Positions 34,499 through 45,631 of a stretch of DNA of 64,000 nucleotides are shown here, piece after piece. Origin of the DNA: Eutreptiella sp. 'Long Island Sound 2002'. Its lineage: Eukaryota; Protista; Euglenida. The stretch is taken from NCBI GenBank assembly GCA_964036045.1, contig OZ038378.1, forward strand, positions 187,922,001-187,986,000, given 5' to 3'. The number at the start of each line of letters is the position of its first letter. Position 1 is the stretch's first letter. A model generated the notes under the pieces. It had not been told where the DNA came from and searched no databases. It was given only the letters and a program-made list of their open reading frames with translations. The translations under genes were made by a program, and so were the position numbers.

Positions 34499-35358
34499 AC
34501 TGCGTTGTGCGGTTGGCACTGCCTGTGTCCATGTCAGTAGTTTTTTCGCCTCGATTTGCACACTGTCGCGCGTCCTGTTCTATGCAGGTGTGAGACTGGT
34601 GCCCTTTTTCATGTTTTGGTAATTTTGGGCGCTGCAGTGCCCAAGTTCAGCGACTCGCCATTTTTTTACCCCTGCTGCGCCACTTCTTTTGCAGGCATTG
34701 TTGCCGTCATTTATTATTGCATTGGCTGCACTGGCGGCGCCTCCGTTGTTCGTCGGCACCACTGGTGGTGCATTATTTGTCACGCTTCGCATACAATCAC
34801 AGTGACTGGGTCAGCAGACGCGGTAACAAAAAGCAAACCAGAGTTTTGCATGTGTTTGCCTGTCGTCCTCCTTGCTTCATTTTTTAGGTTGCATTTTACG
34901 GTGTGGTTTGAAATGCAGCAGCGGATGATTTGGAAGAATTGGATTTTTCTTTGGATGGACACTGCAGTGCCCAAATTTGAAGGGGATACATGACTTTTGA
35001 CTGGCACATGTTGTACCCCCTACGCACAGTCATTTTGGATAATTCACAGGTTTTTGGGGGTGTTCCCTGCAAAGCACAATTGTGCAATTTTTCAAAGTGG
35101 TTTTTCAGCCCCCGTTTTGGGGTGGTACCCATTTGGGAACTGTGGCAATTTTGCTACGTGCGTATAGGGCCGCCTAAGTTTCTGGGTGATCTCCCCCATC
35201 GCTCAACGATCCGACTCACCATCAGGGGGGGAGGGGCAGAGGGGGCGGGGGATGGGGGGGGGGGGGCTGTGGCTCTCACATTTGTTGATCTGAGATGCAA
35301 ATGGTCAAGATGCTACCGCCTCCGTGACTTGCGTGCACAAGCCTCGCTCCCCCCTCAG

Positions 35359-36555
35359 GACTGGGATTTCGCAGACGAGGCGGTGCCCCATTTGGAAACC
35401 GAGCACTCTTTCTGGCAGCGCCCACCCCATCTCGTGACGTTGCCCGACGGCAGCGCACTGAATCGCTACGCGGTGCACTCCCACGGGCCGCGCCCCGAGG
35501 GCTGGGACGAGGACCAGGCGCTGCTGCCAGTGAACGCGGACGTGCCAGAGGACGCGGTGTACTCCACGGTGGCAACCGTTGCGGAGTCCGGGTGGGATAT
35601 GAGCCGGCGGTGGTGTGTGGCGGAGGCTGCTTTGAGCCCCGACGCCTTCTCTAGTGCTGAGCAGTCTTCCACTCTGTGCCCGGGCTGCACCCTCAAACCC
35701 AGCCCCAGCCCCAGCCCCAGCCCCAGCCCCACCTCCACGTCCGGGCCCAGCGCGCCCTGCGTGCACAACCCGGAGGTCTGTGACACCGGCTGCGAGCAGC
35801 CCCTGCGGGTCATCCCCGCAGACCTAAACGCCTTCCTCTACCGCAGCGAGTGCGTCATCGCCGACCTGCACCGCCGCCGCGCGGCCCGCGGGGCCGCCGG
35901 GGCCGCGGAACGGGCGGAGGTCTACGAGGCCCACGCCCGTGCGCGAGCGCGGGCCATGCGCCGGTGGCTTTGGCGTGGCCAGGGCCGTACGTGGTCGGAC
36001 CTGCACCTTGGCCCACAGGGGCCCGCGGACCGGAGCTCTACTGCGGACCCACCCCTCGCACCCCCCGATCCCCATCCCCCCACCGTCCCCGGTCCCACTG
36101 CAAGCCCCCACAGATACCTCTCCGACATCGTCCCGGTGTGGGCGGGCGTGCCGTGCCCTGAGCCCGCGGCCGCCGTACTCGCTGCGATCGAGGCCTCGGG
36201 CGGTGTGCGCTATCCCGGGGGGCCGCCCGTGGGCCTGCCGCCGGGCACAGGGCAGCAGTGGGACTACCCCAACGTCTGGGCGCCGTATGTGTTGTTCCTG
36301 GTCGAGGCTCTGGAGGCCTTGGGGGACCCGCGTGGCCCACAGTTGGCGGAGGCCGTCGCTCGGAGGTTCGTCGGGAGCGTGTGGGACGGCTGGCGGCAGT
36401 CGCCGTCCGGGCAGTTGTATGAGAAATACGACTGTCGGTACTCGGGGGGTGTGGGGGGGCACGGGGGGGAGTACCAAGTGCAGGTGGGTTTTGGGTGGAC
36501 GAACGCCGTTGTGCTGAAGCTTTTGGTCAAGTATTATGGGGCGCAGCGGTCGTAG
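35359..36555 (+). CDS. TREH: Trehalase exon 3 (catalytic half)
   Basis: CCCCTCAG acceptor after a 9,224-nt intron; ETQ|DWDFADEAVPHLETEHSFW, AESGWDMSRRW (catalytic Asp), PADLNAFLY, QQWDYPNVWAP, GGEY (catalytic Glu), GFGWTN; stop TAG. Confidence 0.95.
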   Translation, partial: DWDFADEAVPHLETEHSFWQRPPHLVTLPDGSALNRYAVHSHGPRPEGWDEDQALLPVNADVPEDAVYSTVATVAESGWDMSRRWCVAEAALSPDAFSSAEQSSTLCPGCTLKPSPSPSPSPSPTSTSGPSAPCVHNPEVCDTGCEQPLRVIPADLNAFLYRSECVIADLHRRRAARGAAGAAERAEVYEAHARARARAMRRWLWRGQGRTWSDLHLGPQGPADRSSTADPPLAPPDPHPPTVPGPTASPHRYLSDIVPVWAGVPCPEPAAAVLAAIEASGGVRYPGGPPVGLPPGTGQQWDYPNVWAPYVLFLVEALEALGDPRGPQLAEAVARRFVGSVWDGWRQSPSGQLYEKYDCRYSGGVGGHGGEYQVQVGFGWTNAVVLKLLVKYYGAQRS

Positions 36556-39500
36556 TGGAGGGGTCCGTGTGGTGTGTGCAGGCCCAGGCCTTTGCGGTGT
36601 GCTGAGTGGCATACCCCAGACGCCAAAGAAAAGTTTGTGCAACCAAAATCGGACTCCGACTTGGGGCCTCTTTAGTAAATCTCATGTTTCCCCTGAGAAA
36701 AACCTTTCTGATCTGGGTGGGTGGGCTCAGCTTCGCGGACCGACTTGCCGGCCAGGCGATGGTTTATCGCTCAGCCTTTTGCAGACCAGGGTTCAAATCC
36801 AAGCACCAACTTTTGACCCCCCCCCCCCCACCCCCCAAAAAAAGTACGGGGGGGGGGGGAGGGCTCAAAATCGAAAAATTCGTTGGGGGATCTTTTAATC
36901 TCGCAATAATAATAATGATTTTAAAACGGCCCAGACATCCAATATCATGCCTTAAAGATGCTACGCGAACGTGGATGGCTGTATGGCGTCCGGACCTACG
37001 CTTGATCTAACAACCTCTGTCCGAGGTGATCCCATGATGGTCACTTTGGTCCGGGGGGGGGGGGGGCGTCCTCCTGTGGTTGTCGGCAGTCGAAATGTAA
37101 GGCAATCTAACCGACGCCGGTCGCTACAGTAATGAGCCTCTTCTTCGTTTGGAGATGCAGGCTGACACCCAAAAAACCCAGCGGGGTGTTTCTGCCTGCA
37201 TGCCTCATTGCCTGCCTGCCTGCCTGCCTGACTGATTGGCTGACCGTCAGCCCAATTGACTGACTTTAGTGTTCTAGTGCACTCTCTTCGAGGTGCCTTG
37301 CCGGAGGCAATAGAATTTGCAATGGGGAAAATCTTGTCGGGCCATTTTTGATACACAAACTTTTCGGTCCCAGAGCCCTCCACCCCCCCTCTTGGCAACC
37401 TGAAAATTGCTCTGTGGCGGGGGGGGGGGGGGGGGTGACATGGACGCCTGCCGAAGGAGGGGGGGGGGGTTGGAGAAATGGGGTTCCGTGTTGGGCCCTT
37501 TGTTTTGTGTAAGAACGGATGTTGGCGCCAAAGGCACAGGAACACAAAATTTGGCCCGAAAAATTTTTTCCACCAATAATCCCCCCCCCCCCCCCATTTG
37601 AGTAGTCAACATGATCAGCGCGACGTGGGTATCATTTTGAGCCATAGATGTTGGGTTGCCCCCCCCCCCCCCCCCCAGCACGGCAGGTCGGGCGCCCCCG
37701 CCCTGAACCCCCCCCGTCCCGTCACGGCGGCCAAGGAGGGAGGGGGGGGGGGTTGGGAAAATGGGTATCCGTCCCCCCCCCCCCCCCGCAGAGCAATTTT
37801 CTGCCCTTTTCTAATGTTAGCCTGGGTGAGCCAGGGCCCCGCTGGTCCGTAAGCAGCGGCCTGCCTCACGTTTGCTTTGTGCACATGGTTGTGTACATGA
37901 GTCGATTTGGGACGCCGTGGGCCATAGTTTTGGCCCCGGCTGTGCCTTCACCGTGGCCCTGGGCCATCCCTTGCTCTGACCCTGACCTCAGCCCTGGCCC
38001 TCACTCTGTCCCAACGTGCAGCGACTGCCTGTTCCCGCAGTACGTTCCAGACCGCCATGCAGAGATGCCTACCCCGAACCCTAACCCTAACCCCTCCCCC
38101 CCTCCCCGGCTGCATAGATGTGTGAGCCGTCAGTATACGGGCTCGCAATGTGCCAGTTGTCAGTCAAAATGGGGCAGTAATGACAGGAGGGGACTTAAGG
38201 TGTGTAGTTTCACTCCTGCAGGGCCCATGCTATGGTGCCCCGCGCCCCTTCCGGGGCTTTGAGCAGCGTGGCCGGTGCCTTCTCGTGGGCCATCCACACC
38301 CGATGTGACTTGGTCAGGACCTGGCGGATGTATACAGTGCCCATGGCCAGGGGCCCGTCACCTCCATGTGTGCCTGGCACATGGAGGGGGTACCTATCGC
38401 CGTGGCCCACTGTTCCAGCACTGCGGGTTCCCTGAGTTGTTGGCGGACTGGAGCCGAACCTGGGCCAATGCGGGAGCCCTACCAGTCCTGCAGGCGCCGA
38501 ATGGCTGGTTGCCCTGGACTGGGCCCTGCACTTCCAGATGTGGGCCTAGGAACCAGCCCTTGGGGGCTCATGTGAGTGTGAGTGTGAGTGAGTGTGCGTG
38601 TGTGTGCAAACACGCTCATACCCCCCCCCCCTTTGTGATCCCCCACCCCTTGCAATCCCCCACCCCCACGGGGGGGGGACCGTCACTTGGCCCAAAAAGC
38701 ATAGGAAACACTAGGCTCAAAGGCGCCGAAGAAAAATTTTCTTTAGGTTGCACTGAAACTGGGGTTAGGGGGGGGGACCGTCACTTGGTGAACCCCCCCC
38801 CCCCCTAATGGGGGGGACCGGCCTGACATTCGGGGCGGGGGGTTACGTGCATTGTGCACGCACACACACTGGGGGTAAGGAATGATTTCAACTGCAAAGA
38901 ATCTCAGGGAGGGGGGAGGTACAGCAACTCCTGCAACACCGTTCGTGGGATACATGGGATAGGATAGAGTTCAAACACATGGAAAGGCAAAATACTTTCG
39001 CCGTTCGAAAGTCAAAAAAGGGTACAGAGAAAAGTCAAGGAAGATAGACCAGAGATAGACCAGTACCTACATGCACTGTGACGCACTTGTCGGAGTTTCG
39101 TGCAGGGAACCCTTCCACACTGTTGGCGGTCGATGCTGAGCGATTCAGCACATGGGTTGGCAGGCAGTCTAATGTTGCCGAATTATTCAAAGATTCCGGC
39201 TATATCGAGCCCACCCCCTGAAGCTTTGGATTCCTTATGGATTTGCACCACTCGCAGCGCCTGTGCCTGCGCGAGCTGCGGCTGCACCAAAACCTCAGAC
39301 CACACCAAAGCCTCAACCAAAGCAATTGTCCATCTCCATATTTATGTACAGTGAAATGAAAAAAGTGTCTTTCAAAACTGGGACCTCAACCATACCTCAC
39401 TTCCTCCTCAAATTGGTACCCCAAAATTACACCCTGGAACGGGGCAAAAAACTGTACATGTGGGCGCCCCGCAGGCTGAGCAATTAAGGCCTCCCAAGCG

Positions 39501-40234
39501 CTTCGTCATAGTCGGTCTGCGTGTGCTGTCCAGTGGGTGGCTCAGTGGCGTTTGGGGCTGTATGTTATGGCGGCGGTGGTAGGGGGCGCAGTTGGTCAAC
39601 ATTGCTTCCCCAGAAGGCTGAGAGAGCCCTCTGTCCGCCGTGTGTAGTGTAGTGTGGGGTGTTGGGGTCGGTGTTGGATTCCAATTCCCTGTCCTTTGGT
39701 GGGTTGTGTTGGTAGCACGAGTTTTTGGGCTCGCTCCGTGTGCGTATCCTAGGGGTCCTCCTGATCATGCAGGGAGTGCGGGGTGGGTTGTCGGGGGGGG
39801 GGGGGGGGGTTCGCGGTTCTCAACTTCTTGGTGGGTCTTCCATCCCCTTATTCCTGTGGGCGTTTGTGTGGGCCGAGTTTTCATTGTTTCCTTTGTGTAT
39901 TTTTGTGTTTGGTTGGGGCAGAGGTGCTGAGACCCGTCTCGTCCCCCCATACACTTTTGCCCCCACAACAACACGATGGCTGCCGTACACCACAACATCA
40001 ATCCACCCAGAACACACATTGCAACACCACCACAACCTCAATAAATATGACCAATCCTCCACGAACCTCACAACAGCGGAGGGCATTGAGTGCCGTTGTG
40101 GAATTTCGGATTTTTTTTTCTACCACCAACCCAACTACCCGACAACCACCCCGTGCAGGCTCTATGATGAACCTGCCACAGACTCTAAGCACTCCTGGGA
40201 TGAAGCATTGCTCCATGACACCATGATGGACGGG

Positions 40235-40258
40235 GACGTGGAACCAAACCCAGGCCCC
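40235..40258 (+). other. 2A-like ribosome-skipping motif (DVEPNPGP)
   Basis: ALLHDTMMDGDVEPNPGP within ORF 39725-40351 matches D(V/I)ExNPGP exactly; the downstream frame is degenerate. Confidence 0.7.
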
Positions 40259-40616
40259 TTCCCCATGGACCACCCCACGACCTCTCGATGGATGGGTATG
40301 TTTTACTTAGGCGGTTGGGCGCAGTTGTATGTAGTTCTCTCAACTGCCTGAATGAGACCCACAAATTAGCCAATTTCAATTATGATGGACCTAGGTTGTT
40401 ATGCATCTTGATTGTCCAGAGGACTTGGTGCATCCGTCTCGAAGTATGTTTTGCACGTGACCAAACGGGGGTGTCGAATCCCGTCATTCATCCGGATGAT
40501 GCGGGTTTTCACATCTTCTTTCCTTTTCCTTAATTACACTATTGATTTTTGTGATTTCCGCAAACACTGCAGAGATTGCCACATTGCAGTGTCACATCAA
40601 AGGGAATTGGTGCAAT

Positions 40617-41640
40617 GGGGGAGCGTTAGCACGCTGGGCATTTTTTTTTGACCCGTGCCCCACCGGTGGCCTTTTAGGGCGTGCACTAAGGGGGCGCACT
40701 TAGCGCAGTGCAGCTATTTGGGCGCCTGGTTGTACTAGAGACCCATACTTTGAGATACTAGGGCATCATTGTGACCTCTAGCGTAGGTTTTGACTTCTGA
40801 TTTTGTCCCCTTTGTTGGGGACACCCGAGAATGCAGGGGTGACGTAGCATTTCCGCCCTCTTTTGGGCCCCAACCTTCGGGTGCTATTGAGGAAACCGGG
40901 ACAATCTCTGAATCCACGCTTTGTTGCGTGGCCCCTTGAGTTGGGGCTAGGGACTCTCAATCCACGCTTGGTTGCGTGGCCCCTTGAGTTGGGGTTAGGG
41001 ACTCTCAATCCACGCTTGGTTGCGTGGCCCCTTGAGTTGGAGTTCGGGACTCGCAATCCACGCTTTGTTGCGTGGCCTGTTACAATGGCGTGCACGGGTG
41101 GTATAGGGCATGCATTGTGCAGCTATTTGCTCGGTTGTGGCATTGGGGTTTGGTCAGGAACATCTGGCGTGGCGGCCCCAATGAGTTGCACCAGTTAGTC
41201 CGTATTTCGTTGCAGTTTACACAATTTTGCATCCGGAGGCAAGTCCGTCACCCCCCTTATAGACCATGGAAGCATGTCCCGCCTCATGTTTGGACCGACC
41301 AAAGCAACTCGGCCGCCACGCAAGATGAGGCAGAGGATGAGGCAGAATTTTATTGCCAGAAGCGCTCCACTGTCGCAGTTTGTGATGAAAGTAAGGAGCA
41401 CTATTGTACTAAATGTATTGACACCCACACTTGTGGGACCAATGTTGTTTGTTAAGTACAATACAAATGACATTTGGAGTTGTTGAATTCACAGCTATTG
41501 CTTTATTATGCAACGTGCTTTGTAGGGAAGGTGTGCAGTGCAACGTGGTCTACTTGGGGGGCTTCTCCATGAGAGGGTAAATCTGGGACTCAAGTCGGGA
41601 TAGTTAATAGAAAAGTAGCGCGCCGGGCAAACATTCCCCC
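40617..41640. mobile_element. Non-autonomous DNA transposon, subfamily 1, copy E5, with a nested subfamily-2 left end (from 40690) and a 48-bp tandem array
   Basis: Ends GGGGGAGCGTTAG...AACATTCCCCC; perfect TSD AAT (40614-16/41641-43); internal segments shared with E1. Confidence 0.85.
40911..41077 (+). repeat. 48-bp tandem repeat, about 3.5 units
   Basis: AATCCACGCT... starts at 40911, 40959, 41007 and 41055. Confidence 0.95.
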
Positions 41641-42438
41641 AATGAAGTTTCGCTGCGCCGATTGGTTGTGAAGTGTGTGACGATACTCCTATGCCTTCGT
41701 GGAATGTTGTTTGCAAAGCAGAATTCTGGGCATATGGAAAGTATGTGAAGTTTAGAGGGCATCTCACGACCACGCAATTCTCTTGATGTCGCTGGCGTTG
41801 ATGGGAATGTGGTTTATCTACGGACAGTAACTGGTATAGATGTCGGGAGTCCGGAATCGCCATTTCAACTCTTTTTACCCAATCCTACCTTATTGCACAT
41901 TGCCATAGTTGTAGGTTTGCCATTGATAATGACAATTATCGAAATCCCAAAGGGGTAGCCATCGGACTGTTCGCGGGTATCCGCGTCTCTGACAGTGGGC
42001 TCCAAACAGGTGGGGAGCGGAGAGACATGGGTCATGGTAGGTGGAGGTGCAGTAGGTGATAATGTTGTTGTATAGTTCGTGGACGCGTCGTGAATACTGG
42101 TGTCCTTGTAATTCCAATGCCAGGTACACTAGGGTTTGGTGTTGCGTCGTTCGCACCAAATTACTTTCTGGTGTGATTGTAGGTTTCGCCCTAGGACATC
42201 TACTCCACATTCCAAAGGAGCAGATTTTCCATACCCCCCGCCCCCCGTGTCTAACGAATGCCTTGTCCAACTAACACTTCCGTTCGGACCGTATTTTTTG
42301 GGACCTAATTAATGAGTCCCTGGGTTTAGGTACTGAATTAATTACGTACCGAACATGGTGTCCACCGAACACTCTTGTTCGGACTGTATTTCTTGAGGAC
42401 TTTATTGTTCGCTATACACGGGGGGGGGGGGGGAGGTA

Positions 42439-42884
42439 CAAACATATATGCGTAGGTACCAACACCCCTGCCGTTAGCGATTATGACCATTCAATCTGAC
42501 CAACTAGTGGGGCCGGAATCACCAAATCTGGTTGTTCACATGCATATCCGTTTGAAATTTGAAGGTTCGGTCGTATTTGGATTCCTCAAATCTGATGTTG
42601 ATGAATTGCCCAAGGAGGCTATCCCAGTCACCCAGTCTGAGTTACATGATTTGTCCTGATTTGGTGCAGTGTGTTTCCCTCCCCCCTTAGCAAACATATA
42701 TGCGTAGGTACCAACACCCCACAATTGGGTTGCCGTCAGCGATTATGACCATTCAATCAGACCAACTAGTGGGACCGGAATCACCAAATCCGGTTGTTCA
42801 CATGCATATCCGTTTGAAATTTGAAGGTTCGGTCGTATTTGGATTCCTCAAATCTGATGTTGATGAATTGCCCAAGGAGGCTAT
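42439..42884 (+). repeat. About 185-195-bp direct duplication
   Basis: 42439-42622 matches 42691-42884. Confidence 0.85.
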
Positions 42885-43341
42885 TGAGTTGACAACTGAT
42901 AGTTTGAGAGAAAGCGACTCTTTGGCCCCAATATATGGGGAATTCGGTTTGCCTCAGCTGGGTAAGGGTATTCTTGCGGACAAGACCGGGATCGCCTGTA
43001 ACTAAAAATGGGGTGCAAAACAACGGAAATGGACACATGGCGCAAATTTTTGCATCATATCGGAAAACGAACGATTTGGGGTACGGTATTTGCATGGCAC
43101 TGTACACACTCTACCTTCCTCGGGATTGGTGCCAATGTAATGGTTGACATTACCAACTGCATCATGATCATTATGTTCACCACATTTACCCCCTCCTCGG
43201 CCTAAGCAGACTTCCGTGGACTCTTGATGGGGCAAACCTCAGCTAAGTCCCGAGCAATGACCAACGGTTTTCCCAAGGAGACGTGGCACACACCAAGAGG
43301 AGGGAGCCCCATTGAGCAGTCATTAGAGTGTTGTTGTCCCC

Positions 43342-43365
43342 GGGATCCGGGTTGGGTTTGACGTC
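43342..43365 (-). other. Degenerate 2A-like motif (DVKPNPDP)
   Basis: LLAQDATIGWDVKPNPDP in ORF 43243-43539; two G-to-A changes away from DVEPNPGP. Confidence 0.4.
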
Positions 43366-45379
43366 CCAGCCAATGGTTGCGTCCTGAGCCAGCAATTGAA
43401 GACCAGCATAGGTGGGTGGATTGGTCTTTGGTTGTGCAGTGTTTCTCGTCTTATCAACGTGAGGTTGTTTGGCATAAGCGGTATGACCATTGTCATTGGC
43501 GATGGGGCGGGGGTGTTTTGCACAACGAAGGCAATACAAGATCCATCAAGTAGCTTCATAGGCCTACCAGCCCGGGATTCGGTGTAGTCCAGATTCAATA
43601 GGTTCCCCGTATGCACGAGGGTTTCATAGATCTAGAATCCCCATGACCCACATACAATCAAGCCTCCAGGGCAAAACAGGCATACCACACCCTGCTCACC
43701 TCATGTCAACAAGACCAAATACGCTAATACGCTTGCTACAGCTGGACCACTGGCGGCAACAACACTATGCTAGACGAACTATGCATACCAGATGGCAAAA
43801 TACACAATGCACAAACAACTAACGGAGGCGTCATCAGCAGTGTGCCTATCCCACAGGTACATGACCCACTTCCTCCTGCCGCAGACCCAGGTCAGAACGC
43901 ATCAACAACACATCACTTGTGTTCCAACAGTAGGAGGCCTGGCCACACTGCCAACGGCTAGAAGCACACACGTACTGGGTCTTATTAGACCCACACAATG
44001 AAGAAACAAGACCACTACGCAAACAAATATGTTTCTGACACAAACGACCCAGGCAGGAGTGGGACCCCGCCTTGTGGGAAATCCCACTACACCCCCTCCC
44101 CAAACAGCACAAGGCACATTGGGACCCCCCGCAAGTGGGAAATCCAACGACACTGACACCAACGCTAACAGGGAAACCATGGGGGACTAATTAGGAGCTG
44201 AAATCCGTATGCTTACCCAGGCCGAAATCTGTATTTACCATGAACTCACCCTTGTGGCGCTGGCACATTCACATTGGCCCATTTGATAAAAAAAAGAACA
44301 CTACTTCATGTATGCACCGCATTCCTCATGCAGGCCGTTAGACCGAACATTTGTTTTGCTAAAAGGGTGGGAGAATGTTGTCCATTCGGTGGCAGGCTGC
44401 TCCCCTTGTCGAAAAAGATAACCAACACCCTCCCCTAGCTTGTAGTTTGGACACCCTTGGTCCTCCCTCTTCTTCAGGGCAGGCTTGGGGTGGGCTTTGG
44501 GGAGGGCTTGGGGTGGGGCGGAGGCTTGGTTGCTTGCCCTTGTCTCCGCTTTTTCTGGGGTGCTGTACTCTCCCTCTGTGTTGGACTCCAAAGGTCGGGC
44601 TTTTTCGACAAGCTACTGGGTTTCTTGGGTGGAAAGTCTGTGTAATTCTATTGATGGCATCCATGTGATGAGAATTTGCGTGGCACAGGGTTGTGCACAG
44701 GGTGTTTGGTGATTGTTGAGGGGTTTGGCTGACACAGTTGACACTTATTTGTTATGCAGCCGTAGTAGGGGCGCCTTAGCAAACGCATGCATTTCCACCC
44801 CTTTTCAGCCCATTTGCACCCACTTGCCCCCCCTTCTTGTACTTTGCTGGTGGGGATTGGATGGGTGGGGATAATGGGGAATCACATACACTGCACTACT
44901 ACATTTATGACGCAACAGCCATTGATGGCTAGTTTGTTCATGCATGACAAGACTGATCCATCGGTTGCATGCAATGCTCAGGTGGGCATTGACATCAGCC
45001 TCAAGGATGTATGACTAGATATGTGTCAAGCAATCATGCAAGGGTAGGCAACCTCGTTGTGCATTTGAAGACAACACAACCTGGTTCTGTTGGTACATTG
45101 CCCTGTTGTACAAGGTGGTGGGTGGTTTTAGAGGGTTTCTTATCTTGTGGGTTTTGCTAGATCTGCATCTCGTGCGCACACAGTGCAACAACATTGCCTC
45201 TGGGTGTGCATGTGGTGTGCATCTGAAATGTGTGCATTTCGTCTATTCTAGGTTATGCTGATCTATTTCCCAGGTTCTTCGAAGGTAAATAGCTTCTGCT
45301 GTCTTTTTCATGAGGAGGTGCTTGGGGGCCATACAGTGTCTATTGTTCCCACATGCTTTTTTCTTCATTTTGCCGCTAG

Positions 45380-45631
45380 GCCCATGTCGAAATGCACACT
45401 ATTATCAAGACTGGGGACCAGCATTTCATCGTTGCGCACACCTCCCGTGGGGCATGCGTGTTCGCCGTCGATCGCTTCAGTGGGCAGCTGCTGTTCCACG
45501 GCTGTGAGGGCCAGGATTTGTTCCAAACAGCTGAGGAGGCCGTAGCCCATGTGATGGCAACCATCAACGGACGTGTTGACTTCACTCGACAGGTGGCAGC
45601 GATCTTGGGGTATACGATCCTGGGCTTTGAG
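45380..45631 (+). CDS. SAC9: SAC9-like phosphoinositide phosphatase, exon 1 (ATG at 45392)
   Basis: Pyrimidine tract + AG at 45378-79; MHTIIKTGDQHFIV...DRFSGQLLFHG...AILGYTILGFE resembles the SAC9 N-terminus; donor GT at 45632. Confidence 0.8.

Larger units (their letters stand above)
28877..34973. repeat. Nine dispersed copies of the 18-bp palindrome TGGGCACTGCAGTGCCCA
   Basis: Starts at 28877 (exact), 29118, 30469 (exact), 32202 (exact), 32817, 32855 (3 mismatches), 33579, 34626 and 34956 (the other copies have 1 mismatch). Confidence 0.95.
28658..35178 (+). mobile_element. 6,521-bp two-gene TIR DNA transposon, apparently intact, in trehalase intron 2
   Basis: TIR CTTAGGCGGCCCTTTACGCGCGTAG versus the reverse complement of 35154-35178 (23/25 identical); TSD TTTCT at 28653-57 and 35179-83; long uninterrupted ORFs. 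Confidence 0.92.

Noticed and set aside
28877-34973. Palindromes as ends of non-canonical euglenid introns (CAG...CTG pairing) or as a CRISPR-like array
   Set aside because: Gene 2 is fully resolved with GT-AG introns, and spacing is irregular (38 to 1,733 bp), unlike CRISPR spacers.
28659-35177. TA or TTAA target duplication (Tc1/Kolobok-like) for the 6.5-kb element
   Set aside because: Extending the TIR to CTTAGG...CCTAAG exposes a perfect TTTCT duplication, which is the more complete explanation.
151-41640. Reading the TAGCGCGC...GCA motifs as attL/attR sites of a tyrosine-recombinase cassette (integron-like) system
   Set aside because: The outer arms are better explained as TIRs: three copies have perfect 3-bp TSDs and removal restores the interrupted LINE frame.
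44767-45200. Sixth GGGG...CCCC element (left end AGGGGCGCCTTAG; candidate right end CAGTGCAACAACATTGCCT)
   Set aside because: The right end is degenerate and no TSD matches.
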